A stretch of 64,000 nucleotides of DNA from assembly GCA_965644315.1 (NCBI GenBank), contig CBFFRQ010000043.1, positions 124,001 to 188,000 on the forward strand. Reading direction: 5' to 3'. The notes under the pieces were generated by a model. That model did not search any database. It was not told the DNA's origin and saw only the letters and a program-made list of their open reading frames with translations. Of this stretch, positions 1 through 13,200 are shown piece after piece (position 1 is the first letter of the stretch; every line of letters begins with the position of its first letter). Made by a program: the position numbers and the translations under genes. This DNA comes from Caecitellus pseudoparvulus (taxonomy: Eukaryota > Protista > Bigyra: Bicosoecida).

Positions 1-1668
1 CGCGTGGTTCAGGAGGCTCTCAAAGGGGTGCAGGCAGTGCCACTCCACGCCGGTGCTGCACCATGGACAGGGCTCAAACGCCAGCCCGCCCGTCCAGTGT
101 CCGCCCCGGTGCCCAGCTGCGTTCAGCTGAGCGGCGCATTCTTGCGTATGCCGCGCCTTGTTCGTGGCACGCATGACGCTGCCAGTGGCGCAGCACGAAC
201 ACTTGTACATGACGCGGTACTTGAGCGCTTCCTGGGCATCACTGCCGGTGATGTCCAGCGTCTGCCCGCCGGCGCCTGCGTGCGGGGCGTCGTCGTCTTC
301 CCCCAAATGCCGCTTGCGCCGCACGCTGTACTTCCTGGCTTCCACCTCCAGCTGGGTCTGCCTGCGCAGCTGCTCCAGGTGTTCCTCCACTTCTTGGGCC
401 TCCCGTGCACGGGACATGTGGGCGCGCTGTGCAGCCTGCAAGCCCTTGCGCAGGCTGTCAGCACGCTGTGCGTCCGAGCTGGTCGCAACGACCGACGAGC
501 CTTCCAAGCGGGACCGATCGCGCTCGCGCTGCTGCTCCGCTGCCAGGATCCTCTGCTGCCGGCTGATTTGCGCCTTCAAGTCTGCTTCCCGGCGCTTCAA
601 GCTACGCGCCGCGGTGAGCGTTTGGAAGCCCAGTGCGTGCTGCACCTGCATGTCCCGCCGCTGCTGCTTCAACTGCTCCTTCAACGCCGACGCCTGCACA
701 ACCTGCTCGAACCGCCTCCAGTACGTCGTGCCGTAGGAAATGAGCAGTTCTTCCCCCGCCCGGATGTCCCGCTTGGGGCTGTACAGCAGCAGGGGCAGTC
801 CCGCCACAAAGGCACCCCCTGCCTCAACATTTGGCTCCACCCGCTGCCCGTCGGAGCCCACCATGCCCTTTGGGTCGTTCACCAGCCCCAGGACGTTGCG
901 GAAGGTACTGCCATCCAGGCACATGCGAAAGAGGGGGCACCCTGCCTTGCGCTGCAGCTGCGTTTGTTCCGCCGCACTGCTGCGTTTCGGCACGTGCCAC
1001 GTCGCAGGCACGAGGGCAGGCACTGCGTCACCCATCACCAGCGTCTCGTACACGTACGTGAACGCGAAATCGCCGGCATGCAGCATGAACTTGTCGTAGT
1101 GCTGCTCAGTCAGCATGACGCCTCCGTAGCACGCCAGCAGGCAGCTGCCTGCCTCCAAGTCTCTGCCCGCCACCACGCCGTGCCCACCCACGCAGGGGTG
1201 TGCTGGGTCGCTGATGCGCTGCACGCGGAGCTGGCCGTCCCCCGAAGCACCACAGTTGCGCGCCAGTGCCTGGGCCACCTGCTCATCCCAGGCACTGCCT
1301 TCCCCTGAGCACAGCTGCCAGGCACTGCGTTGGTTGGGCGGCACCCACGCGGGCGCCTGGCACCTGCGCAGGTCTGCCAGGGACAGGGCCGGGCGCAGCG
1401 TCCACAGCCGGTCCCCCCGCCGACCGGACAACATGCCGTCCACTTCCAGGCGCCGCAATTCGACCCCAGGCAGCACTTCGTTGTACTTTGCTGCTGGGAA
1501 GTGCAGCTGCTGGCCGTCGCGGTCCGTGGCCAGGCACAGCAGTGGCTTGGCTGCCAGGAAGAACCGGTTCAGCAAGGTGTCCGAAATGAGAATGCCATGT
1601 GCACAGCCCAGGTAGTGCTCGCTATCGAACGTGCCTTGGCCGCCCTCTGCCGTGTCTGAGGCTGCCAT
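1..1668 (-). CDS. SET-domain lysine methyltransferase-like protein with coiled coil and C-terminal Cys/His (zinc-finger-like) region; 3' end beyond window
   Basis: Hand translation from ATG 1668 is open to base 1 with no stop, so it is absent from the ORF track. Contains SET motifs GHGVVAGRDLEAGSCLLACYGG, FRNVLGLVND and RDIRAGEELLISYGTTYW, then an E/Q/R-rich helix, CSCC-x13-H-x3-C and CPWC...HCLH...NH. Confidence 0.85.
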   Translation of the reverse strand, partial: MAASDTAEGGQGTFDSEHYLGCAHGILISDTLLNRFFLAAKPLLCLATDRDGQQLHFPAAKYNEVLPGVELRRLEVDGMLSGRRGDRLWTLRPALSLADLRRCQAPAWVPPNQRSAWQLCSGEGSAWDEQVAQALARNCGASGDGQLRVQRISDPAHPCVGGHGVVAGRDLEAGSCLLACYGGVMLTEQHYDKFMLHAGDFAFTYVYETLVMGDAVPALVPATWHVPKRSSAAEQTQLQRKAGCPLFRMCLDGSTFRNVLGLVNDPKGMVGSDGQRVEPNVEAGGAFVAGLPLLLYSPKRDIRAGEELLISYGTTYWRRFEQVVQASALKEQLKQQRRDMQVQHALGFQTLTAARSLKRREADLKAQISRQQRILAAEQQRERDRSRLEGSSVVATSSDAQRADSLRKGLQAAQRAHMSRAREAQEVEEHLEQLRRQTQLEVEARKYSVRRKRHLGEDDDAPHAGAGGQTLDITGSDAQEALKYRVMYKCSCCATGSVMRATNKARHTQECAAQLNAAGHRGGHWTGGLAFEPCPWCSTGVEWHCLHPFESLLNHA

Positions 1669-1939
1669 GCCGGTCCGCGTTTCGCGTTGAAACGCGGCGA
1701 ACAGAACCGTCCTTCTCTGCACAAAATCACATCCACCTAAAAGCACATTCGCTGTGCTAAAATGAAATGCGCCTCGTCAATCATGGTGCTTTGCCTGCCT
1801 TGCCCGCCCACTGTGCCTTGCCTGCGCCACTGAACGTGGGAAGTGATTCAGGTCACTCATTGCTCGGACATAGCGGCCTCGTTGAGAGACCCCTCGAAGG
1901 CACGCACTGTTTGGAAGCCACACCCCCGCAACGACCAGC

Positions 1940-4900
1940 ATGAGCGCGACTGGCTCCCAGCTGCTGAAGCTGCGGTCGAGGCTGGCGCAGACCAAGGACG
2001 GCGACCTGCCCGACGTCCTGGCTCGCCTGCTCCCCCGCCTGCTGCGCGCAGTCGGCAGTCTGCACGGAGACGACGCAGAGGCGCTGCAGGCCACCCTCAC
2101 GTCCATTCACAAGCGGCTGGCAGCTGCACCATCCTGCAGGGTGCCGCTGCCGCTACTGGTGTCGCTGCTGCCGGAGGCTTCCCCAGACCAGGTTGCGGCG
2201 ATTTCGCCTTTGCTGGCGTTTGCGTGCGACCGCCTGGCGTTTCCGCAAGACACACGCCCCATCATGGAGCTTGCTAGTGCACTGGACTTTTCGCAGTCCT
2301 GGGCGCCTCTCGCCGTCAACGTGCTGTGCAAGGTGAGGGGGTCGGTGCCCCGCGTTTCAGACCGGCGTTTCGTCACGTCAGTCGCCCGCACCTGCACAGG
2401 CCTTCAGCAAGCTGACTGTTGACGAAGACGCGCCTGGCTTCATGGACACCATGGAGCCCGTGCTGCCTGGTCAACCTGGCTTCCCCGCTTGGGTGCAAGT
2501 GTCCCTGTCCATCCTGCTCTTTCGTCCCCGGCCAGCAGGGACGCGGCCCCGCACAGGCGGCATCCACCCCGTCGCAGGGGCCATGCACATCGCTGGAGTG
2601 CCACTCCCGCCGCCCCCGTCTCAGGACCAGACTGGTGCCAGCGCCGTCCCCGCAGCAGCTCGCGCCGGCCTGACTTCCCGCCAGGCCGAGGCCTTCACCG
2701 CAGCGGACCTGGGCGCTGACGTGGACTTGCAGGCCGCACGGCACAGGGTGCTGGCTGTGTGGGCACTGTCCGCGCCGCGGTGGCCGCCGGCGGAGCGCCT
2801 GCGTGTCGCCCTGGCAGCTTCCTCTGATCCCCACCACAAGACGAAGGGTCTGGCGACGTCCCTCCTCAAGCAATTGCCGCCCCTTTTCTTGGCCTCCCCC
2901 GCCACTGCTGCCGAGCTGCACCGCGCCTTGCTCGGCACCGCCCAAGCCAGCGACCAGAGCGTGGGGGGGGTGCCCCTCCCATCCCTGGCGCCTTCCGCAG
3001 TGGCCACCCACGACCCCGCTCACACCTGTCCCCCCAGCCACCTCCCCTCGCGTGCCGCAGCACTGGCCCTGGCCACCCGCTGCCGCGCCGCCTGCGCCCC
3101 TCCCGCCTTGCCTGCCCTCCTCGCCGCCTGCATGAACGAGCTGGGACTGCTGGGGCCCACAGCGGGGCCCTGGGCCCTGCCAACCACCGGCAACCCCTCT
3201 CACCTCGGAGAGGCAGCACGCACCCTCACCTACCTCCTGCGCAACGCACAAAACACCGACGTGGTGCCCTCTGCCCCCGCTGTGCTGGAGGGTCTCATGC
3301 TGCTCCTCAGCGCCCAGGACGCGGCAGGTGAGGACGACGAGCCCCCCTCCCCCCTGCGCCGGGCTGCGGCACTGACCACTGTGCGGGAGCATGCCTACAG
3401 CGCGCTGGCGTCGCTGTGCCTGAAGGCGCCAGGGGTGGTGCTGGCGGGCCACCACAGCGGGGGTGTGCCCTCCAAGCGCGGGCCAGTGGACGCCGCCCTC
3501 CGCGTGCCGCGCTTTTTGTTTGAACGCCTGGCCGGCGAAGCTCCCGAGCAGCGCGTGAGCGTGGCGGAGGCGCTGTCGGCGGCGGGGAACATGCTGCGCA
3601 ATTGCTCGCCCGACCTGGCCGAGCCCCTGAACGCCCTGCTCATCCAGCAGGCCCTGTCCCCTGACCTACGCTGCCGTCGCGCCGCCCTGCAGTGGGCCGT
3701 CAGCGTGTTCCCCTTCGGTGACGTGCGGGCCCGGTTCGTCTGCTGCGCCTTGGCAGGAGACCCTGCCCGGGAAATCGCCACCGCCGCGAAGCACGGCCTG
3801 AACCCCTTCGGCAAGGCGGGCCTGGTGATGGGCGTGGACGTGGAGAGCGCGGCGGCGGCGGCGTCGCGGGGCGTGGACACCGTGGACCCCACTGCCGCGC
3901 AGGCCAGCTCCTCGGTCGTGCAGGTCGCCGTGAGAGCCGTGTGCGCGGCGGTACCATCAGCAGAGAGAGCCAGCGGCGTCCAGGCCGACTCTGACTCAGA
4001 CGAGGAGCTGTACGCAGAGCCGGAGTCCAGCTCCCTGCCTGGCAGTGGCTCCGCGTCCGAGCCAGCTGTCGCAGCCCCCCTCACTGCCGCCGCGCGCGCC
4101 GACAGTCCCTTCGCGGTCACTGCGCCGCTGTACCCCTCCTTCCCCTCCCTCGTGGCCTTCCTGACCTCGCCCCTGCAGGAGACCATTCTGGCCAGCACGG
4201 ACCTGCGAGCGGCCCCCGCCCCCCCCGGGGCACTGCGATCGGCACACCTCTCGCCCAGCTCCGCCGCTGCAGCTGCCGCCCAGGCACGTGCAGATGCGAG
4301 TGCAGGCGGACCTCAGGGCTCCCTGCAAGAGGCACTGCTGGGCGAGGAGGAGGGGGGCGGTGCCGCCAGCTCCCCCAAGCGGCCTCGGACAGAGCCCAGC
4401 TCCCGCAAGGCCCGCGTGCTGTCTGCACTGGCAGGCAGTGTGCTGTCCCTGCTACCTGCGTCCGGGCTCGCCACGGTGCTGCGCTTCGCCATCACCTGCC
4501 TGCACGCCAGCGCCATCACCGCCCGCCAGGACGTCGTCTCCTTCTGCAGCGAGGCGGGGCCCGTGGGTCCCGCACTGCAAGGCCTGTGCGAGTGCATCGA
4601 CTGGGCCGTCAGCTGCGACGCCTCTGCTGCAGGGGCGTCAGAGGCGCTGGGCGCCGGACTGAGTGCCCTGGTGTCCCTGCTGGCCACCTCGCCCGCGGTG
4701 TTCGCGCCGATGTACGCCGGCCCAGAGGACCTGGCATGGCTGACACGCCAGCTTGCCGCGGGCGACCCCGCTGTCAGGGCCTCTGCCGCACAGGCGCTGG
4801 CCGTCGTGTCATTCAGTCTGCCCATTGGGCCAGAGACTGGGGCTCTGCTTCCTGGGCGCACAGCGGCCACTGCCCCCGTCACCCTGCTCCTGCTCCTCAC

Positions 4901-7900
4901 GCGCCTGGTGCTGGGTCTCGGCAGCCCGGGAGCACGCCACGCCATCAAACACCTCGAAGCCCGCCATGGGGCCCTGCTTGCGCTGTCCCTGACTCTAGCA
5001 GCGTTTGCAGGCGTGCAGGCCCGAGGGCGGGTGCGCCCGGCTCCCCTGGCGCAGCTTCGCCCGCTGCTGCAGTCAGGCACGGCCGCCGTGCTGCTGTGTT
5101 TGGAGGCGGACCAGGCCAGCCTGGTGCAGGCGGCGGCGCACGGCCTGACCGCCATCGCGCGGCAAGGCCCCCTGCCGCTGCCCCTGGCCGCAGACACGGG
5201 CGCCCCCTGCACCAGGGGCCTGGTCGACCGCCTGACTGGCCTGCTGCAAGGCAAGGCAGGTGCGGCTGAGAGGGCGTCGGCATCCCCTGGCGGTGCAGGG
5301 GACGCCAGCCCCCCGGCTAGTGCGCCCACTGCCCGGGGCAGGAGCAGCGGCGCTGGGCCGGCTGCTGTGGCGCTGGGCGCGGTGGCCGCCAGTCTCGCGT
5401 GGACACCCCCTGACCCGGCAGACCCCACAGCCGCCAGCGAGCTGCGCAGTGAGGCCATGCAGGCTCTGCTTAACACGCCTGCCATGGCCAGCGAAGGGCT
5501 CCTGCTGACTGTCGGCGAGGCGCTGGCCGAGGCGTGCTTGGGCCAGCGCGCCCAGCTCGGGCGCAGGATGGAAGCGCAGTCGCAGCTGGAGGGCACAGCG
5601 GTGGCGCAGCCACACTTGCAGGTGCAGGAAGCGGAGCCATCTCCACACATGCCTCGTGACGCGGGTGATGACGCCAGGCAGGTGGCGCTCGTGGTGGAGT
5701 CAGTGCACGCGAGGCTGGTGCTGTCGTCGCGCTCCAAAGACAGGCGTGCCGGGGCGGCATGGTTGCTGGCCCTGCTCCAGGCATGCCCCAGCCACCCAGC
5801 CCTGCAGCCCCACTTGCTGACTATGCACCACAGCTTCCTGCGTGTACTGGGGGACCGGGAGGAGCTGGCGCGGGACATCGGCGCACGGGGGCTGGCGCTG
5901 GTGTACGACGCCGCCACGCCGGCTGGTCGTGAGGAGGCAGAGGGCCCCCAAACGCCCCTGCAGGAGAAGATGATCGCGGCGCTGCTGGAGACGATGCAGG
6001 GCAAGGCCCGCAGAGTCGGCGCGCCCGCCACCGCAGCCGAAGCTGCCGCTGCCGCCAGCCAGGCGCCTGACGGGCCCAGCCCCTCGTCGCCGCAGGCCAC
6101 TGGCGGCTCCCTGGCCCTTTCGGCGGGCGGTGACGCGAGCTTCAAGGCGCTGTGCGAAGTGGCCAACGACGCGGGGCAGCCAGACCTCGTGTACCACTTC
6201 CTGGCGCTAGCTGGACAGCAGGCCACCATCCACGCTCGGGGGGCGGCCGGCGCGGGCATCGAGGCTCTCCTGCGCAGCACTGCACGGCGGGCCCTCATGC
6301 CGCACCTGCGCGCCATCCTGCCCACCATCTTCCGCTTCTGCTTCGACCCCCTGCCCTCCGTGCGAGGGCCCATGCGCCGCCTGTGGAAACTGGTGGGTGG
6401 TGCCAGTAGGGAGGTCATGGCTGACAACGCTCCCCGGCTGCTGGGGGAGTGCCTCGCGGGCATGACGCGCGGGGCCTGGCGGGAGCGAGAAGGCGCCTAC
6501 GCTGCCCTGACAGACCTGCTGTCGGCCGGGCAGCCTGCCTTGCGGGCGGCACTGCTGGGAGAAGGCCATGTTGCCATGCCTGCCGCTGCCTCCGGCGCCC
6601 CTGCCGAAGGCGCGGCAGCACCCACCGCCGGCTTGCTCCTGACCGACGTATGGCATGCGGTGCTGCACGGCATGGACGACGTGCATGAGAATGTGCGCAG
6701 GGCCGCGGAGCTTGCACTGAAGCCCCTGTCCTCCGTGACGCTCGGCCTGTGCCGCGTGCGGGAGGAAGCAGAGCCGAGCGCTGAGCCTCCCGCGCACTCC
6801 AGCGCCTTGACTGCCGACGAGGATGGGCCAGGTGTTCCCAGCGACGACGTCGGGGACGAAGAGAGTGCCGAGCAGGCGTTTGCTGCCGTGCTGCACTTCA
6901 TGCTGCACTCTCCCTGGGCGGTCACCTCCAGCGTCAAGTCAGTTCGGGCTGCCACGCTACTTTTCGTCCAGCGGCTGGTGCGGGGCGCCGGCACCTCCAT
7001 GGGCAGATTCGTGCCAATCCTGCTGGGTGCCGCCTTGGACGGCATCGCTTCCTCAGAGTCCACTGAGCTGTCATACCTGCAGTCTCACGCGAATGCCGCG
7101 GGGGCAGCCCACGGGCGCTCACTGCCCACCGGCGATGCACTGGAAAAGATGCGCATTGCCGCGACGGCTGCCTCGCCGCTGTGGCCGTTGGTGGACTCCT
7201 GCCTCGAGTGTCTGCAGCAGCTGCCCCCTGATCAACTGCAGCCCGCTTCGGATGTGGGCGAGGCGCCATCTCTCCTGTCACAGGTGGCGTCAGTGCTGCG
7301 CCAACGCTTGTCGCCGTCCACAAACTTCCTCACGCGGGGGGCGTGTCTGAAGGTCCTTGCCTCCCTGGCATCCACACTCCCTACCGCATCCATTCAAGGC
7401 TTTGCGGCCGGCATGCTGGCAGCCCTGGAGCCGAACCTTGAGGCGCTCCGGCCGTCCCTGCGCACGCTTGCTGCAGCGTGTGCCGCCCACCTCTTCAGCG
7501 TGGCCCCTTTGGGGTCCGCGCAGGCCTTTGTCATGCGCGTGTTGGTCATGGCATCGCTGGAAGACGAGGCCGCTCGGCTCACCGCAGGGACGGTGGTCAA
7601 GAGCATCGCTTGCGGCTCCTCCCTCATGAAAGACCGCCTGGCACGGTACTCACGCACCACCGTCCCTGCTGCGTTCATTGCAAGCCACGACCCAGACGAT
7701 GCCGTCAAGCAAGTCTGGGGCGAAGTCTGGGCCGCCACGAGCACATCCACACATGCCACAGTGTCTCTGTTCTTGCAAGACATTCTGCAGGCCTGCATCC
7801 CGCGCCTCGCGGCCAAGGCTTGGTCTGTACGACAACAAGCATCCAAAGCCCTGCTAGTTGCCCTGCAGCAAGTGTTGGATCCTCCCCAAAACCTGCACAC

Positions 7901-9623
7901 GCTGATATTCCCGGCAAGCCCCATGCTGTCCACCCTCAAGCCCCCGACTGACATTGGACAGCCTGAGAAACAAGAGAGCGTCGGCTTGCCTTGGCTTGCA
8001 GCTCAGCTCCGGCGTTGCGGGGCGTTGTCTGAACGCGTCGCGGGGGGGCAAACTCAGCCCGCAGAGAGCTCAACAGGCGGCATGTCAGCTGGTCTCTTCG
8101 GGCAGCAACCCGTGCCGCACGCGGCGTCTGGGGCTGGATTGTTCGGGCAGACAGTGCCTGCGGCTTCAGCTTCCCTGTTTGGCGGCGCTCCGCCCACGGC
8201 CGGCTTGTTCGGACAGCAGGCCGTCCCAGCAAGCTCACTAGCACCCCTGTTCGGCCAAGCGGCAGCCACTCAGAGCACCTCCATGCACTCAAGTTCCACC
8301 AAGGCTGAACAAACAACGACGCTGGGCAGTGCAGCCCCCCCCCCTGGACGCACCACACCTTGCTCCCAGGTGCCTGACCTCCGGCAAGCACTTTCTTCAC
8401 TGCCTGTGCATGACCCAGTTCGGAGCAGCGCCTGCCGCGGTGGCCCAGCTCACGCCTTTGTGGCTGGAGGCCCTTGGCTGCGCGGGGCTTCAGCACTTGC
8501 TCAAGTGTCGCTGCCGCAGCCGCCAGCGCCTGAGGAAGGCGAAGCTCACCAGCGTGCTGCCCAGTCCGCCCTACTCGCCGCATGTCCTCCGGGCTTGCTC
8601 CCCCTGGCATCGGTGCTGCAGGATGGCATGACAGGGCGCGTGTGGCATGGGAAGGAGGGCTTCATTGTGGCCGGCACGCTGTTTTTCCTCGCAATCATTG
8701 ACCTCGCTGGCGAGAAGCAAGCAGCGGCGAACGACCTCATCCAACTACTCGCCGAGCAACTAAGGAAGCCTTCTGCGACACCTGCATTCTGCCTCAGCAT
8801 GCTTCATTGCCTCGCACTGACTCTGCTCCAGACTGGCCAGCATGCCTCCCGAGACGCTGCTCGGCTTGTTGGCCGTGTGATTGTGGAGCACGTAGCTGGC
8901 GTCGTCGGTCACGCCGCCTTTCACCGCAGCGAACACTGTGCAGCGTTCGCACAAGCTCTGGGCTGTGATCCAGGGGCGCAAGATGCGATTCGCCCCCCAG
9001 CTCAATCAGAAGACAGGGCGTCTGAGGCCAAGCCGCGTTCGTTCGTTGGAGGTGCTGGCGCAGACACACACATCAGCTCAAAGCGCCAAGCACAGCGAGC
9101 AGCCGCAGAGCGTGCTGCCTTGGCGTTGGAGGGCGTGCCCGCCGTCCTTGCAACCTTGGTCACCCTCCACGAGGCTGGCCACAGCCCAGATTATCTCTCT
9201 GCGCTGGTTGCGTTCAACAAGGCAGGGTCTGCGGGCCATCTGACGGGCAGTGAAACCTTGCACCCGCGTCTGGTTGCCCAGCTCTGCCTCGCGGAGGCCT
9301 TGGCATTCGCTGCTGCAGACGCTCAGAATGCTCTGAATCTTGCCTCTCCCTTGTTGGAAATGGCTGTCGGCCTTCTCCTCGCATCAGACTCCGTGCAGCA
9401 ACAGCAAGCTCGCCCTGCGGCGTACGCGCTGCATCACCTCTTGCACAGGCTCCAAGTCGCCCACGTAGCGACAGTGGACACTTCTGGGGATGAGCAGGGT
9501 GTGATCCTTCCACCAAGTCTCAAGGCACGTGTCGAGGATGCAAAAGAGGCGCTCTCTGCCGATCCAGTATGCAAACAGTACTTGGCCGGAGCCTTGCAAG
9601 CCCTGCATGGCCAGTCAGACTAG
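1940..9623 (+). CDS. ECM29: Proteasome adapter/scaffold ECM29 (HEAT-repeat protein)
   Basis: Exon 1940-2332 and intron 2333-2399 (GTGAG...CAG) join in frame to the 2442 ORF. ECM29-like segments: LARLLPRLL...IHKRL...VPL; AAWLLALL...RDIGARGLALVYD; FKALCEVANDAGQPDLVYHFL; IFRFCFDPLPSVRGPMRRLW; WREREGAYAALTDLL; DDVHENVRRAA. Confidence 0.9.
8088..8260 (+). repeat. Five xLFG (GLFG-type) peptide repeats within ECM29
   Basis: Encodes AGLFGQQ...AGLFGQT...SLFGGA...AGLFGQQ...PLFGQA with short A/P/S/Q spacers. Confidence 0.85.
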
Positions 9624-10240
9624 CATCGTTGCGGTTTTGACGCTGGAAATCGCTTCACAGACAAGGTAGAGCAAGTACTTAGGCTCAAGTTGTATTTCAG
9701 ATTTAGGGGCAGCGGAGATACTCTCTCGGGCCCGCAGGTAGCGCTTATTCGGGTGAAACCATGCGCATGAGGTGTGCGGAATTTGCCAATCCAGCAGCAC
9801 GATTCAGTCCTCACCCACCCAATGACAAAGGAGAAAAGGAGCATGTTCATGAGCAGAGAATAAGAGCGTGTAAGTTATGACGCATAGCCTTCCCTGTTTT
9901 GCAGTTGTCAGGGGGACTGCAAGTGGGGGGTTCAAAACTTCACTTTTTTCTCCACGCTGCTCAATCCTTGACAGTGCTCAAAAATGAAGTCAAAAAACGT
10001 ACTGAAGCACAGCCCTGGAATGATTGTAGTTGGAATCCACTCATCCAGCCCCCTACCGTTCACCCGCTTCGCCGTGCACTCGGTGCGGGTTCTGCCGGGC
10101 CGGCTCCCGCCTGGTGAGGGAAGCGGCAACGTCACCACACTTCCTGCGTCAGCTTGCGGCGGCACCGCCGCAAGTCCACTTCAGTTCGCCTACAACGGAG
10201 GAATATACAGTAATTTCTCGCTAATTGGGATCTAGGCACC

Positions 10241-13200
10241 ATGCCGGCAGCGCTCAGCCGCCTTTTGCTTGCGGCGGCGTTTGCCGTCGCAACGCGACGT
10301 GCTTTCAGCATCGACGGCAGTGGCTTCTCAACAAGTGCGTTCCAGCTCAAACGAAGTTGAGGGGCAACCTGCAGATGGTAGTGGTACTTTGCAGCTTGAT
10401 TCACCCCTGAAGAATCCCGCTCACCGTGCTCCGCTCAAGCAAGCGTCAGTTCAATCACTCGCTGCGGCGCTCCACCCTCAGACACCACACTTTCCCCAGT
10501 AAAGTTTGACCGAAGGCTGTCCAGCACCCTACCGCAGACGGCATGCCCAAGTGGATTCACGGCTGGGGCTGGTGTCGCTGCTGGGCGCTGTTTCCACTCG
10601 AACACAACTGAGCTTAACTTCCTCGATGCTGCAGAGTATTGCCGCAGCCAGCATCCGCTATCCATGCTCCTAAAGATTGACAACTTCACTGAACTCGCAG
10701 CAGTTCGCACAGCGCTGGGGATAACAATACCCCCAGAAATGTGGACGGGCATGCAGATGCACCCTGGTGAGTGCTGCATCGGCGCACAATGAAAGCCTCC
10801 AGCGACGGCCGTGCTGACCAACCTCACTGCATCGCAGATAATGTCTTTCGTTGGTACGATGGAAGCGAACTAGCAGCTGCCATCGACTCCAGCGGTGACT
10901 TTCTTCGAGATCCAGGGGGGTTTGGAGACAACTGTGCCCGCGTCACGAGCTCTGATCGTCTGCGAGACATCGGTATGTGAGCCCAAGTCATTTTGAGAGA
11001 CCATGCACGTAGTGTTCAAATCGCCAGCCCTGTCCTTTCCTCAGTATGCACATTGTCATATGGGCCAATATGTGAAATCAAGGAGACCATTGCTCTCTCT
11101 GACATGCTTCATCACATCCCATACCCTGTCACATGGGCCGAGGCGCAGCAAGAGTGCGCGAACCTTGGCATGGTCCTGGCTGCACCAGACGGGATTGTGG
11201 TGGGCGAGGAAGACCTCTTCGCCATCAGCAGCTCGTCAGAGGTGTGGGTAGGCGTCAGCTCCTTTGAATCTCCGTCCGAAGGCCCGAGTGAGGAGTTCAC
11301 CTCGGAGACCGGCTTGCCATGGGACTTGACGTACTCCATGGCGGCAGCCGCGACAGGGGGAGACACGAGGTGTGTCGCGGCCCACAACACGAATGGCTGG
11401 CAAGACACCTCTTGCTGCCAGGCAAAGCAGGCTGTGTGCCAGAAGCCGCCCACCATTCAAGGCCCGACAGCTTGTCCACAAGGCTGGGTACTGCGCCATT
11501 CGACAGACACGTGCCTGAGGAGTGTCCGGACAGACGCGACATTTCTCCAAGGGGTGACCGCCTGTGCTGCCCATGGAGCTGCTATGTGGGCTCCCAAGGC
11601 GACGGATGACACGACTGATGTGGATTTCTTTGTGAGTGCTGGCAACACGTGGGTTGGGGCGTTGCGCGAGCCAGATGATGGAGGCACCCTGACCTGGCGA
11701 CACCTGCAAACTGGGGAGGCTGTGGCCATGCTGGGAAGCATCACGGGTCCAACTGCTGTTGCAAGTGTAGCTGGGGGGGTTCTAACCTTCTCCACGCAGC
11801 CCATGACCTCATCCGCCCGAGTGGTATGCGAGCGTGGTATCTTCGGCACAAGCAGCGTCAAAGAGTGCCCCGAAGGCTGGCTGCCGCTCCTTGGGGCGTG
11901 TGTTCGCTCTTCCTTGTGGGAAGGGGGGGCTGCAACCATGACTACAAGTGACAATGCCAGGAGGCTCTGTGTTGCACAGGGTGGAAATGACTTGATCCAA
12001 GTGCACAGTGATGAGGCTGGTTTGGTTGTGGGCGCGATGATGTCCACGTCTGGGAGCATTCCTGCCCACACCTGGGTCGGTGCTGAACGAGATGGTGGCT
12101 CTAGCCGCCCGCGCTGGAGCATGTTTGGACAACATGAAGCTTGTGATGGCACGTACTCAAACACAATTGAAGGGCAAGCTGGGTGTCCCGCTAGCTTCAC
12201 CATCACAGCTGGCCAGCGCATGGGAGTCCGACGCGACAACGGCAAGCTTCAAGCAATAAGTGCGTCAGCCAAACGACCATACATGTGTGCTGTGTACCCT
12301 GGTGCATCTTGCCAAGCCGGAACAGGGTACAAATTTTACCGAGGGAAGTGCTACGGAAGGGAATACCTCGGTGGAGCAAGAACTTGGGAAGTAGCGGAGG
12401 CAGCATGTCGCGTCCGCGTGGGCGGCATCATCGGCAGCTGGCCTGACTTTTCTGATTGGTGGGCAATGACTTACGCAGAGGGTTGGACGGATAATAACGC
12501 AGGGAGCTTGTGGTACGGATTTGGCACGTACAAGAGCACTAACAACGCGTGGATCCACACAAATGGTGACCCACTTGACTCAACTGGCGTGCCTTGGGGA
12601 GATGGTGGGTCAGATCCGTATCCAGGGCCCATGGCAGACCGATGTAGTTTCAAAGGATTCAACTCTATTGGGGTTCAGCATGCATCATGCACTTCAAGTG
12701 TTGCGTGGCGTGCACTCTGTGAGTACTTGCCGTGGACTGCCCTGTCCTGCGACGGAGACGAGCATGAATGGATGGGCCACTGCTACCACTCAAATGACGG
12801 GCACAACTTTGAGGACTCAATTGACCATTGCATTAGCAGGCCAAGCGGGGGAGAGCTCGTCTCAATCAGGACTTGGCCAGAGTGGTTGGAAGTGGCCAAC
12901 GAGGTCCAGGCTCAGTCTCCTGGTCGAGTGCACTATACTGGCCTGGTCAGCATTGGACATGCTCCTTTTTTCGGAGATGAACCGTCTGAAAGGGATGCCT
13001 TTTACTGGATCGACGGCAGCGAATCCGCGTCCTTGCAGCAGCCTTGGGCTCTAGACCAGCCTGGGAGTGAAAATGAGGACTGCGGTGCATTGACAACATC
13101 TACAACACCAGACATTCACGATTATCCCTGCACAGATAGTTTAGCTGCAGCCTGCAAGCGTCCTCTTGTGCCGCCGTGTCCTCCTGGGTGGGTATACTCC

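Noticed and set aside
4-1308. 434-aa plus-strand ORF
   Set aside because: Antisense shadow of the SET gene; no protein-like motifs. The same applies to most overlapping ORFs in this stop-poor GC-rich DNA.
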